The notes beneath the pieces are model-generated. The model was not told the DNA's origin. It was given only the letters and a program-made list of their open reading frames with translations, and made no database searches. Below, piece after piece: positions 1-12,465 of a DNA stretch of 64,000 bases. A program made the position numbers and the translations under genes. Source of the stretch: Chiloscyllium plagiosum (Eukaryota); contig NC_057751.1 in NCBI RefSeq assembly GCF_004010195.1, forward strand, positions 13,855,428 through 13,919,427, written 5' to 3'. The first letter of the stretch is position 1; each line of letters starts with the position of its first letter.

Positions 1-179
1 CTGCCCTGTGGATGAAGACATCTCCATACATCTACTAATCCTAATTCTTTATTCAGATCCACCAATTGTCTAGATCTGGGAGATACTCCTGCAGTACTCT
101 TGGGAATCCTATCTATTTCCGGATCCATAATACAATTAAAGTCTCCCCCTATAATTGTATGACAGGCACCAAAAGCCAT
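1..179 (-). pseudogene. L1 ORF2 AP-endonuclease fragment
   Basis: Manual translation gives MAFGACHTIIGGDFNCIMDPEIDR...LGLVDVWRCLHPQG, with the GDFN and D.WR..HP motifs. Confidence 0.9.
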
Positions 180-573
180 CACACACACCAACACCTGGAT
201 ATATTTGGTAATGTTAATACTATGTATAAACATATATAACTATAAAATTACAACCTCAACAAATAATAATTAAATATAATAATACAAAATAACAAGGGAA
301 AACAACCCCGCTCCGAGAGACAGAGTTAAAATAGAATAAGGTAACCACCTCCCCCCACCAACATTAACCAGACCCCCCGGCTTATATATATATATAGAAT
401 AATAAAACAAAAACCAAGGTGGGGGAGAAAATCGTTAAATAGAGAACAAATAAATAAATCCCTCTCCCCACTCCCCAAGATAATATTAAACAGTAAGGTA
501 AAAAAAAGAGAAAAGGGGGGGATATAAACCGGAGTGGGGGGAAGGCAAACCAACATCCATTATGTCTTACAGT

Positions 574-1430
574 TTATCTAAGAGAGTCCAAGAATTCCTT
601 AGCCTTTTCTGGCGATCCGAAGTTATACACGGATCCTTCATGGTTAAAGCGTAGCGTCGCTGGGTAGCGTAAGGAGTACTGAATATTTAAGTCCCTTAAA
701 CGCTTCTTCACCTCGTCGAATGCCTTCCTCTTTCGGACCAGAGCTGGGGAAAAGTTCTGGAATAACATGATCTTGGATCATTTATACAGCATGGCTTGGG
801 AATCTTTTCCAAGATTTCTAGAGGCTTCTAGGAGTATCTGCCTCTCCCTATAGCTTTGCAGCCGGAACACGACCGGGTGTGGGCGCTGGTTCGAGCCGGG
901 CCCGCGTATTGCGACCCGGTAGGCCCATTCTATCCTTATCTGGCCTGATCCAGCCTCCAGATTTAAAAGCTGTGGCAGCCACTGTCCGAGAAATGCTGTA
1001 AGCTGGCCTTCCTCTTCCCGTTCGGGAAGGCCCAGCAAACGAATATATTTTCGACGACCTCGATTATCGTGGTCATCAATATGATTCTCTAAGGTCCGGA
1101 CTCGCTGTTCGAGAGCCCGGACCTGATCCACGGCCGATTGCGCTGTAGTTTCGGAGGTTGCGACCTTTAACTCCACCCCTCTGACTCGGCGCTTGATTTC
1201 TTGGATGTCTCGGTCGTGCTTCTGCAGCGCGGCCGAGAGTGAGTCTCATCGACTTCAGGATTCTTCGATGAAAGCGTAGATCTTTGCATCAGTTTAGAGA
1301 TTATTTCCACAAGGCTTGTCACCGTAGGTAAATCCCCCGGGGCAGCTGCGGATGCCTCTGCTGCAGCTGAAGAGGGTGGGGGAGGGGTTCCTGCTTGCTG
1401 AGAGCTGTGGGCTCCCTTCCCTTTTGCCAT
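574..1430 (-). pseudogene. L1 ORF1p, disrupted
   Basis: Reads MAKGKG..., a coiled coil, NRGRRKYIRLLGLPEREE, PHPVVFRLQSYRERQILLEASR and FQNFSPALVRKRKAFDEVKKRL...YSLRYPATLRF. There is a frameshift near 1290 and an in-frame TGA at 778-780. Confidence 0.92.
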
Positions 1431-1580
1431 TTTTACTGAAGATTAGATTGTTTAAATTTAATACTAAGCAACTAATTAAATTAAACAGCTATTTTAAATG
1501 ATTTGGTGTGTGTTGGGGGTGGGTAACCCACTTTGCCCAAGTCTTGGGAGGAGCACTGTAGACTCAGACTTGCTGGATCA

Positions 1581-1591
1581 CCGCCATCTTG
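1581..1591 (-). promoter_or_regulatory. YY1-type motif (CAAGATGGCGG) at the L1 5' end
   Basis: Matches the YY1 consensus about 10 nt from the element's 5' end. The same motif sits at the 5' end of the second L1. Confidence 0.6.
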
Positions 1592-1693
1592 GATCCCCCC
1601 ATCCATCAAATATTAAATTTAAAATTCTTATCACTGTCTTCAATCTTCATCATTTCATCCTTCCTCTTCTCAAACCTCTTCAGCCAAAGATAC

Positions 1694-1908
1694 TGCAGTG
1701 ATTGTGATGAGGTCAGCCAGCTCGACCTCCCAGAATCTGAGTTCCCTGATTGGGGCTGTTAATCTGGTCCAAACAGGGAGCCCTGGCCGACAGAGAAAAA
1801 GAGAAGTGTCAGAGATTCTGGCACTCTCAGACCTGACTCTGAAGAGGCAGGCTAGGTGCAAGGACCCTTCCCATGTAAATAAAGGGTGACTTGTTGACAG
1901 GATGCTGG
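1694..1908 (+). mobile_element. Degenerate solo LTR, same family as the Gypsy LTR at 19231-19466
   Basis: Shares colinear blocks AGGTCAGCCAG, AGAATCTGAGTTCCC, GGGGCTGTTA, CTGGTCCAA.CAGGGAG and TGTAAATAAAGG.TGACTTG with that LTR. Confidence 0.85.
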
Positions 1909-2125
1909 TTTCTTTCCAAATACTTTCCAAATCTCCATTCCTCAAACTCAAGCATTTTCTGCATCCTTTCCTTCATGCATTCCAAATTTACACACTCTTC
2001 CTAAACCTCCCTTCTTTCATTCTCACTTTAACAGACAGCAGTTTGATCAATTATTTGGTCAATCATCCTAATAGTTCCTATTTGGCATAAATTCTTGCCT
2101 GAATATATCTTAATGACACTTAGGA

Positions 2126-2451
2126 CTTAGAACCCCTACAGTGTGGAAACAGGCCCTTCGGCCCAACAAGTCCACACTGACCCTCTGAAGAATAACCCAT
2201 CCAGATCCAATTCCTTTCTCTATATTTCTCCTGAATAATGCACCTAACGTTATGGGCAATTTAGTATGGCCAATCCACCTAACCTGCACATCTTTGGATT
2301 GTGGGAGGAAACTGGAGCACCCGGAGGAAACCCACGCAGACACGGGGAGAATGTGCAAACTCCACACAGACAGTTGCCTGAGGCTGGAATCGAACCTGGG
2401 TCCTGGATGCTGTGAGGCTGCAGTGCTAACCACTGAGCCATCATGCCGCCC
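2126..2451 (-). mobile_element. HE1-type V-SINE
   Basis: Has a tRNA-like head (TGGCTCAGTGGTTAGC, GGTTCGATTCC), the V-domain core GTCTGTGTGGAGTTTGCACATTCTCCCCG, and a HER1-like 3' tail. Confidence 0.9.
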
Positions 2452-3239
2452 CTTCAGAATATTTATGTACAATACAGTGCTATCTAAATATAAGTTGCAG
2501 TCACTCTTAATGTCCTCTTCAACTTCCAACAGCATACGTTAACACAAGACAGCACAAAAACAACTTAAGGAAAGGATGATTCAACACCTAAGCTATTTTG
2601 TTGGAGGGAATTCTGTGACATCTTGGAATACAAAAGCATCTAAAAGTGGTAGAGGTGATGCTACAGGTCTTTTTCAAGCTCAAACCTAGTAGACATCTCT
2701 GAAGCACTTTTCTCCCTTCTCACTCAGTCTCATATTGTAGACCAGAAATTCTCACAAAAACCAAACTTTAAGGACATGAGTGGGATATCAATGGCTGAAT
2801 ACCCATTTCTTATTGCAAAAATGAGTACAAAACAAAATCTGTTGGGTATCTTGAACAGCTATTTGCCCACAGGGGTAAAATTTCAGACAAGTCTTGAGCT
2901 GGGTACCCCCTCAAAACAGATGAGAAGCTGTTTAAATATGTAAATCAAGGCCATACTTTGGTTACGGTGTGAATGAATTTATGTGTGTATTTGGATTACA
3001 AAGGGGGTGTAAGTTTGAGTGTGCATATTCATTGTCAATAATATTTTTGGTACATTTTAGAGGGTAAGTTTGTTGTAATAAGTAGGTTTTTGTTTCCTTG
3101 TTCATTGATGAATGTTGGTGTGAGTTGCTTTTATCTTAGTCAGTGGTCACCATCAGGCATTAACCATCCTTGAGCTTAAATTTATCAGAATATATTTATT
3201 TGTGACAATATGTGAAATAATGAGCTTTGACTTCCACCA

Positions 3240-3745
3240 GGGCTGTGAGAGGGCTAAGAAGTTCCTTCTGAGTTTCCAGCTTCCTAGCAAGGATTTTCTA
3301 TTATGGTTTCTAGTTGAGCTCGTGCAGATCAGAGGAAACAGTCTCTCTGCATCCAATCTATATAACCTTTCATAACTTTAAAAGTCTCTGTTAGGTCACC
3401 TGCAAGCCCTATTTTTCAACAGAAAGGAGTCCCAGTCTGTCAATCTTTTCCTCATATCTATACCCAGACATTTCTGGTTTCATCCTTCGAAATCTTCTCT
3501 GCGCCCTCTTCACTGTCTCACTAGTCCATTTATAATGTGGCAACCAGAACATCACACAGTTCCCGCGTGGCTTGACCAAGGCTCAGTGATAGCTTTAGTG
3601 TAATTTTCCTGCTCTTCAATTCTATCCCTCGAGAAACAAAACCAAGTGTTTGCTTTTCTTTTTTTTTCTTTGTGGCCTTGGTAATGTTTGAGCAACTTGT
3701 CGTAATTGGTGTAATTGTACTCCAGTGCCCTTTTGTGTCTCTTAC
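3240..3745 (-). mobile_element. CR1/HER1-type LINE ORF2 C-terminal fragment
   Basis: Degenerate LGFVSRGIE.KS and RLFPL motifs of the CR1 ORF2 3' region. Confidence 0.7.
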
Positions 3746-5502
3746 CCACTTGTAAAGACTGCCTCTTTTGATTGCACTTGATGTGGCTAGCCATGTGGCA
3801 ACAGCAGATTGGCCCAATGACAGTACAGGAAGGGAGAGAGAGAGAGCTGGCAGACGATGAGCAGATTGCTTTGGGGACCTCCTGACATTTATGTGCGTTA
3901 TTCTTTTTTCCTTTGTTACCAAGCTTGTCTTTCACTTTTTAAAAATATTTTTCAAACATGAAGAAATTTTCCTTGAAGTGCAAATTTCTTGCCAGATTTG
4001 TGATGGGGGCTGGAGTTCAAAGATTAGTTTGCAGCTTATCGGCTGAGGTTAATATGAAATGTCGGCATTTCCTGTGTTATGTGCAAGTGGCATGACTGCC
4101 AGAAATAATGATCTCCAGTCTTGGGAACCCAGCCAAAGAGAAAAAGGTTACGTGCCCTATCAATCTGTTGCATCTTTTCTGTAGGGAGTTACCTCTTCGA
4201 AGCAGTACCTCCATGTGCATGATACACACCTGCACACAGTCAACTGGCGAACCTGAAATATTACAGGAGTGACTTGGAGGATCTGGTGACAGAAAATGTG
4301 TATGCAGGAACAGCTTTTTATGTTGTTAAGGTGACTGCAAATCACTCTCCAGAGGTTAGCATAGCTTTGTGCCAATTTCCATTTTGCAGCAGATGTTCTG
4401 CAGACATCTTTCCACAAACGTGACTGAGGCAGATCAGGCACATGTGGCAGATAAGATATAATTCCTGCTACCTTTTGAGGGTTTTACTGTATAAAGCACT
4501 TTTTGGTTAAGTTTTGCAATGACAAGCCATCATTCCGCATGACCCAACTTGTGCCTTTACATCGTGTAGCAGCCCCAGGATCTAAACAGAACAACCTTAT
4601 CACCAATGTTCAAACAAAAACCTTAATCTCTGCAAGGCAGTAAAATGGATATTTTATTTGTTTGTAGCTCACACTATCAATTGAATTTATTAATTATTAA
4701 ATAAATAAGTGAATTTTATGATTGAAAGCAAACAACAGTAGATACAAGGTTTATTATACCTCCATGAAAGATGGAAAATAATAGTCACTTCTCTTGTGCA
4801 CGACTTCAATAAAACGCAGACGAGGTTCAAGATCCCTGAATCTAACGTTACATTTCAGGTTTCTACCAAATCTCTAAAGGGTTTGTTTGGGTTTTATTTC
4901 AATCCTTCTGTCTGTCTTTCTATGTACTGTTGATCTTTGATATCTTCTGAAATCTTTTACACTTGGCCCGAGCTTGCAAAGATCCCAAGGGATCATGTGT
5001 CCAATGCGCATATCTTAAATTTCAGGTTTAGAGTTTAGAAATGTTTTGAGGTGGATTTCTATGTGACAATCTATGACCATTTGTTTATCTCTCTGTCATT
5101 CATACCATGTGCTGCCATGGAGAGATCTACTGGCAACCAGCATTGGGAATGGAAGACATCATTGACAATATTGGTGGAAATTAGGGCTGCTACCTCTCTC
5201 TGTCGATTTAATAAGGGAAGGTGAACCCCATGCAAATTCTCTGACAACATCTTTTGCTGTCTCTTTTACCCAGCATAGTAGGATTTGCATGAACTGAACA
5301 GTTGCCAGAACTCTGGTGGATGAATGGCAGAAACGCAAAGGAAATGCTGTAAAGAACCATTCATCAAAAGTTACAATGGGAGATGAGAAGGCTGCAAATG
5401 GAAATTTGAGGGAACAATTGGCGACATCAGTACAAGTCTGTGCACACACAAACACACTCACATAGCAGTGAACACAGGTAGACATGCCTCTACCGTGAGT
5501 TA

Positions 5503-6647
5503 TGTTAAGGGTTGAAATATTTCAAGCTTCAGTTTCAGTGTAAGATGAATTAGACATTTTTATTTTCAATTTGTTTTCGGATGCCTTTCTGTGCTCACAA
5601 TCAAGGTTCGAACTTTTGAACCAGCTGACAGGTTCCTGGAAGCAAGAAAGCACTGAGTTTACAATGGAGATAATTTCTCAATAATGGAGATAATTTCTCA
5701 ATGATGAAGAATGCTCTGTAAAACTTTCTTGGTGTTTTATAAAAATTGAGTAAACAGAGAAAGACTGTCCCAAGAAGATAAGTTTTAATCAAACAATTCA
5801 GTTCAGTATGTTCAGTCTTATAAATGAGCATAAAATAATGTTATTATTTGGATGTGAAGTTTTAAAATATAAGTAGGTGTGTGGGTTCAGTTATGTAAAG
5901 TTGACTGTTTTTATAAGAAACAAGAAGGTCATTTGGAACAGTGAGCTAGACACATAATTTCCAGGAAGGCATGTAATTCAGTCAACTGACTTGCAAGATG
6001 TCTATCATGTGAATTGATGAAAAACTTATACTGCTGAGTTTATAACTAACAGCGGAAACAGATCAGAGGCCATTAGTTGTAGCTTTTAGGTTCAGTTCAG
6101 AAGAACCAGGAGTTGAGTTTGAGAGAATAGTTCCTTCTGAGTAAGTGAATCAAGTTTTCTGTTCAGGAGAACAGAACACTAGCAGGAGGGTATTGGTTTG
6201 TGAGACCTCAAAGCTGAGAGAGCTTGTGCGGAAGTCTTTCAGTTGTTTGAGCTGAAAATCAGAACTAAAAGCAAAACCTTCCCAAAAGATTCAGAAAGAA
6301 GATGGAAAACTATCTCAGATGTCCAAGGGGGAGAACTGAAAAGAATCGGTAAAGTAAGAAATCAAAGAATTGAGATAGGACTGTTACTTTTTTTCTGGGA
6401 TTGATTATCTGTAAAGGGGAATGTAGAGAAATAGCTTGAAACTTTGTTTTGCTGTTTATGTTAAGGTCATTCTAAACTGTCTTGCACAATTAAAAAAAAC
6501 CTTTTGTGTGATAAATTTTGTTAAGACCCTTTGTATTCCTATGTTCAGTGAAAACCACCCCAGTGACCAACTGCAAAAATTAAACTTATGATGTATCACT
6601 CTGATGTCTGACTTTTTCCAGTTTTAGCATCAGCTGATATCATAACA
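5503..6647 (+). mobile_element. Probable Gypsy-type solo LTR
   Basis: Starts TGTTA and ends ATCATAACA, like the LTR ends at 42500 and 63611. No TSD was found, so the left boundary is uncertain. Confidence 0.45.
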
Positions 6648-6699
6648 ATGGAGAGAGAGTCAGAGACAGAGACAGAGAAGGAGAATTCCGAAGAATTTG

Positions 6700-7890
6700 C
6701 GAAGGATAAGTAGTTCTTGGCCTTTGACATTAGTAGATCTTTATTGCAGTTCCATAAATCCCCAAGGCCTGATTAGACGTAACCCAGGCTGCAGTGAAAG
6801 ACAAGGGAGGAGAGTGCTGAGGCCCTGCCGAGATACTTAGTACTTCACTGTCCACAGATGAAGTACCAGATGACAGGAGGATATGATTCCATTGTTCAAG
6901 AAAGGCAGCAGGGACAGGTCAGGTCGTTACCAACCAGTGAATCTGATGTCAGTACAATGGAAATTATTGGAAAACATTTGGAAGGATGGGACTAATCAAT
7001 ATTTTGTATAATTAGTAAGTTTGCAGATGACACAAAAATTGGTGTTGCTGTTGATAATGAGGAGGATGGTCTCAGGCTATAGCCTGATATTGATTGATCA
7101 GATTGTAAATTGGGCAGAGCAAAGGCAGTTGGGATTTAATCCTGGTAAGTGTGAGGTGATGTATTTTGGAAGGTCAAATAAGGGAAGGATATACATAATG
7201 AATGGGAGTACTGAGGAACAAAGAATCTTGGTGGACAAGTCCACAGATCCCTGAAGGTGTCAGCAAAGGTTGACTGGGTGATATAGAAGGTGTACAGGAT
7301 GCCTTCAGTGTCTTCATTCACTGGGATCTGGAATATAGGAATAACATTGGTCAGGAATAGATGGATGGAATACTGTGTGTAGTTCTGGTCACCACACAAT
7401 TGGTAGGACATGGTTGTACTGGAGAGAGTGCAGAGGCAATTTACCAGGATGCTGCCTGGATGGAAAGATGCAGTGATGGGGAGAAACTGGAGAAGCCGGA
7501 TTTGTTTTCCTTGAAGCAGAGGAGGCTGAGGGGAGAATTTGATTAAGATATACAAATTTATGAGAGGCATAAACAAGGTAGATCATAAGACTCTCTTCCA
7601 TAAGGCAGACGTATCTAAGACCAGAGGGTGTAAATTTAAGGTGAGGAGTAAGTGGTTCAGGCAGATCTGAGGGTGGTGGAAATGTGGAATGTGCTGCCTG
7701 AGAGGGTGGTCGAACAAGTACTCCTGCAACATTTAAGAAGCATCTGGATGAGTACTTCCAATTCCCAGGGCATAGTAGGCAATGCAGCAAGTACGGGTAA
7801 ATGGGACAAGTGTGGTTTGGTGTTTGTTGGTCAGCATAGTTCATGGTAGGCTGAAGAGCTTATTTCTAGGCTTCTGACTGTGTGACTCTG
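6700..7890 (+). mobile_element. CR1/HER1 LINE fragment with internal deletions
   Basis: Contains P.FKKGSRD..., SKFADDTK, NWAEQRQLGFNPGKCEVMYFGRSN and LFSLKQRRLRG, followed by a 3' tail. Confidence 0.88.
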
Positions 7891-9495
7891 AAAAGGTCGA
7901 ATTCCAGCTATGGAATAGATGCCAACATTCTGCCGACATGTGTCTGGAGGTTGTAACATGCAACTGTCAGTGATGCCCAAAGTTGGAGCAGGAAGCCACA
8001 CTGGTCTTATTTGTTCGGTGTATGTATGTCCTTATTATTGCATGTGTTTGTTTTGTTCAAATTTGGATCATAAAGATTCGTTTGTGCTTCAATTTAATCC
8101 CAAGGTCCCGTTGCTTTTTTTTAATATATAATTCTTCCACACCATTGCATTCTTCAAATGATTATGATCTATCATGTCAGATCCCAACAAGTTGCTGGCT
8201 TCTCCAATGTTCTCTTAACTGGGATAATATCACAATAAATATACATACAGGGAAGTCCTGCCTTCATGTGCCTGCTTTTTGCAGATTCACTTACCTGAGT
8301 GATATTTAGAATGTACCTATTTACCCTCTGCATCTCCATTGCTTGCTCTTCCACTGTTTTCTGGGAGCTCCTGTATTGCGCATGTGCAGATCGCCACTCT
8401 CACTGTTCACAAAGATTGCCAGCTGCAACACCCCCCCGGTATGCATCCCTCATGAACACTGAGACTCTACAGTGTCCACTCCAATGCACACTCACATTCG
8501 AACACAGACCCGTGCACACACACACAGATGGAAACACACGTATGCATTTACAAAGATACACCTTTTGAAGCAGACCCACGCACATATGCAGCATGATATG
8601 CATGAAGTTTTACAGACTCAAACGGAGACAACCTCACATGAGGCTTTTCACAAACTCACACAGCATTCTTCACACAGGCATGCATGAATATATACATGTG
8701 GATTCCCATATGCTTTCTTGTTTTATTTTCTCTCTTGATAAATTTCAGATTTGTGCTGAATTTCTAGTGCCCGGCAGCACTGTTTCAATACTTACTGGCA
8801 GAGACCCGATGGAGAGAAGCAGAACACAGCAGACATTTCAGTTCTGCTGACATGCACATGTAATCGAGAATAACATTCACTTGGAGTGATAAATGGCTTG
8901 GCTTCTTAAACTGTTGCGTTGGCAATGACCTGTCCTACTGCAGTTACTCATCTGTGTATAGCAGTGTATCAGAAAAATACACCATTTACATGAAGGCTGT
9001 CACCAGTGCCAAGAGTTATTTATCCTCTGATATTGTTTGATGCATCAAAGCCTTCAGCAGCCTATTGGGTTTTACACAGTTGCTTTGATTGTAGTTGCAG
9101 AGCATTAAGTAACCTCCTATCAAAGTAGAGATGAACTTACACCTGCTGAACCACTGACTGCTTTCTGCACTGAGACAAAAGGCAACTCTTGGTCATGCAA
9201 CAAAACATTATCTTGTTCATTTTTTTCTTAAATTCCAAGGTGAATTTAACCATAGCCACACACATTTGACTGCACCATCCAACAATGGATAGGAACATCT
9301 GAGCATACAAAGACGGAAAGACTTGCATTTACATAACACCTTTCACATCTTGCAAAGCCCCTTGCATCAATGAAATATTTTTGAAGTGTAAAAACTGTCG
9401 TACTGAATGAAATGCAGCACCAATTATTCCCACAAACAGCGCCTTGATAATGAACAAATCATCTGATTTATTGATGTTGGGGGTGGCTATAAATA

Positions 9496-10023
9496 CAGGT
9501 CATTCTGCTACAACACAACAGTTGTGTTCCTCTGCAACCTTGCATTATAGAAAATCACACTATGGAAAACTGCTATAGAAAGGGCGGCATGGTGGCTCAG
9601 TGGTTAGCACTGCAGCCTCACAGGACCAGGGTCCCAGGTTCGATACCAGTCTCTGGCGACTCTGCATGGGTTTCCTCTGGGTGCTCCGGTTTCCTCCCAC
9701 AGTCCAAAGATGTGCAGGTTGGTGTGAATTGGCCAGGCTAAATTGCCCATAGTGTTAGGTGCATTAGTCAGAGGGGAAATGGGTCTGGGTGGGTTACTCT
9801 TTGGAGGGTTGGTTTGGGCCGAAGGGCCTGTTTCCACACAGCAGTTAATCTAATCAAAAAAAAAGTCACGCTATGGAAAACCGCAATGGAACGTCATGCT
9901 GTCGAAGATCGCTAATAGAAAATTGCTATACTCATTCAGTAGAAAGTTTGCCTAATCCAAACAATGTCCACAATTTGTAATCATTTCATACTGATGAAAG
10001 ACGCTGAATAGGAGAACAACCTG
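9496..10023. mobile_element. Tc1/mariner (pogo/Tigger-like) non-autonomous MITE
   Basis: Imperfect TIRs CAGGTCATTCTGCTA / TAGGAGAACAACCTG, with TA on both sides (9494-9495 and 10024-10025). Confidence 0.75.
9582..9855 (+). mobile_element. HE1-type V-SINE inserted in the MITE
   Basis: GGGCGGCATGGTGGCTCAGTGGTTAGC head, partly deleted V core, AATCTAATC tail. Confidence 0.9.
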
Positions 10024-10379
10024 TATGGATCTCAACTCCAGTTGTGTTGTTCTTTGAAATAGTGCCATGTGATTTTTTTATACCTACCGAAAGAGGCAGC
10101 TGAATCCTTGATTAAATATTCCAAAAGGCACCATTTCCAACATGGTCACACTCCCTGAGTGAGCCATTGGGAATACCAACTGAGAATTTCTGTTCATATC
10201 TCTGGAATAATATTTGAATTCACAAACCTTTGACTCAGAATTAAAAAGGTGACCCACTAAACCTTAGCTAACAGCACTATTTATGCCATTAGAAATCACA
10301 AATACACAAAGTATCATCTATTAAATTTCCATCAAAGGATAGTCTTTGTAATGCCTTCACCAACAATGCATTGAAATAA

Positions 10380-10618
10380 CCCACGACAGCCGTTGCCTTG
10401 AAGAGCAAGGTCAGCAGGCACACAGATACACCAGCATCTGTAAATTCCACTTCACTCCGACATCTTGCTAACTTGGAAACATATTGCTATTCTTTTCTTT
10501 TTGCTGGACCAAAATCCTAAAACTTCCTTTGGAACAAAAGATTGTGGGTTTACCCACTTTGCATAGTTCAAGAAAGTAGCTCATTGCCATCTCCTCAAGG
10601 GAAATTAGGGATGGGAAA
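10380..10618 (+). mobile_element. 3' end of a CR1/L2-group LINE (second family)
   Basis: Tail TTCAAGAAAGTAGCTCA...CTCAAGGGAAATTAGGGATGGG. Related copies lie on the minus strand at about 10890-11170, 21455-21640 and 45100-45950. Confidence 0.6.
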
Positions 10619-11737
10619 TCAATTTTAAATTTGGCGAATCTGCACTGTCAGGGTACAGAGCAACTCGGTCATGACTATTGGCAAGCAACATTAGTTTAAG
10701 GACAGTTATGCCCTCTGGAAACTTGGTGCGCCAACCAAGGCTCTATCTTATCCTTTAGGGCTGAATGCACTTCCAACAACAGGAAGGGATTCCTTACTAC
10801 CAGCGATAAACTTTAAAAGAAACATGAGACAGCTACAGCTTCAGTGCTGGTTAATATCTTCTGACAACTGCGACAGTTCTACATGTATTTTTGTCCATTC
10901 CTTCTTGGGATGTGGTCATCGTTGACAAGGCCAGCATCCGTTGCCCATCCTTACTGACCTTGAGAATGTGGTGATGAACTAATGCAGTCCACGCTGAGTA
11001 GGTATACCCGTAGTGCTGTTGGGGAGAGTTCTGGGATTTTGACCCAGCAACAATGAAGGAGCTGTGATATAGTTCTAATTCAGGATGGTGAGCGGCTTGG
11101 AGGGGAGCATGCACAGAGTGATGTTCCCATGTACTGATTAGTTTTGGAAACTGCTGTTTGAGAGCCTCAGTGAATTTCTGTTGTTGGGAGAGAAAATGAG
11201 TGTTGAAAGTCTTAAGGTGGTGCCTTCTGTGGTCATTTCAAATTGTATAAGTTGAAGTTGTAACAGGCTACTGACTGAGTCATTGCTTCGAGGCTTCAAA
11301 GCTTTTCCACAAACTATTTCTTCCTGACATGACTGTACATTTGGTGATTTGTAGGGGAAAAAAAGCAGATATCTGATGTTCAGATATCCATCAAGGGCTT
11401 TCAATCTCAACACATAAGAAGCAATGCATAAAATGTTTGTTTTTCTGTAAGAGTGCCCTCACAGTGTGCCTGAACAGTGCCAGTTATTATAGTCATCTTG
11501 GAGCAGTGCAAGAACCAAATTACAAATGAAGATGATGCTAGGATGAATTTTGGTGCATTTACTTTCTCCCAGCCTGGAGCTGGGGACATTTGCAACCCCA
11601 CACAGTTTGCTGTCCACTGTTACATCAGAGATATTCCAGAGGTTCTTTGGCAGGAGTGTTTTCTTTGGATAACACAGCTGACGATGCAGAATGACATCGA
11701 TTCCAGTGGGACAAATAGGACCACAGATCAAATTCGG

Positions 11738-11868
11738 GTGGAGGTGGGTACTGCAGATGCTGGAGATCAGAGTCAAGATTAGAGTGGTGCTGGAAAAGCA
11801 CAGCAGGTCAGGCAGCATCCGAGGAGCAGGAAAATCAACGTTTTGGGCAAAAGCCCTTCATCAGGAAT
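11738..11868 (-). mobile_element. PLE family A terminal-repeat fragment with mutated hammerhead
   Basis: The minus strand reads CTGATGAAGGGCTTTTGCCCAAAACGTTG, so GAAA has become AAAA. It is followed by the family A repeat ending GCATCTGCAGTACCC. Confidence 0.8.
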
Positions 11869-12465
11869 TCAAATCCATCAATCTCTATCTTGACCCCACA
11901 CAGTGATTGAATTTCTATGGTTTCTGGAGGAGTTAATTCCAAAGAATCAGTGCTGTCTGAGTGAAGAAATTCCACCTTTTCTTTTGTATGTAAGTGTGTA
12001 AGGATCTGAAAGGGTTAAATTAATGCAATGGAATGCCTTCAGCACCACCCACATGATAATGCAGGGAGATCTCATTCAAAATAATGATCATCATAGTGGA
12101 TTGCACATTTAACACTCATCTCAATACTAAACAATTGATCTCTTATTCTGATACAGTGGCCCTTGCTCCTAAACCCTTTTAAGTCTGGGAAAACAGCTTT
12201 CTTGTAGAGCCTTGTCAGCATTTTGGTGAGGTCATCTCTCATTCTTCTCAAATGCAGGAAATGCAGAATCGGTTTCCTTGGTCTTTCCACAGTTCTACTG
12301 GTTACCAAGGAGGATCAGTTAATGGAATGCGCAACCAATGCAAATGCTAGAAGTATGGAAGGTTTTTGTGATCTGTACTAATGTCTACCGAAGAACTGCC
12401 CTGGAATATGGAGTGAAGGCATGGGTTGTTTTGCTGGAAAGTAAGGTGTTCACGACTGGGGACAA

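Larger units (their letters stand above)
1..1600 (-). mobile_element. L1-clade LINE, 5' portion (5'UTR, ORF1, spacer, part of ORF2 endonuclease); runs off the window start
   Basis: 5' end reads GGGGGGATCCAAGATGGCGGTGATC from 1600. ORF1 and APE endonuclease motifs follow in the expected order on the minus strand. Confidence 0.93.
9315..10270 (-). mobile_element. SacSINE1-like DeuSINE, interrupted
   Basis: The minus strand reads Deu-domain-like CATGGCACTATTTCAAAGAAC..., GCTGTTTGTGGGA and ACACTTCAAAAATATTTCATTG, then the tail GTGAAAGGTGTTATGTAAATGCAAGTCTTTC. Confidence 0.75.

Noticed and set aside
4184..4353. Possible cadherin-like exon (LVTENVYAGTAFYVVK)
   Set aside because: All three frames from the good acceptor at 4183 hit stops, the alternative acceptor is weak, and the diagnostic DxD and LDRE motifs are missing.
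5663..5702. 20-bp direct duplication, with similar small repeats at about 46945 and 48318
   Set aside because: These are ordinary slippage duplications with no further structure.
8293..8400. Minus-strand exon ending at a consensus donor CAG/GTAAGT
   Set aside because: There is no convincing acceptor, and the peptide is not recognisable.
8749..8850. Possible exon ICAEFLVPGSTVSILTGRDP after a strong acceptor
   Set aside because: There is no donor before the stop, and the resemblance to cadherin repeats is too short to separate from chance.
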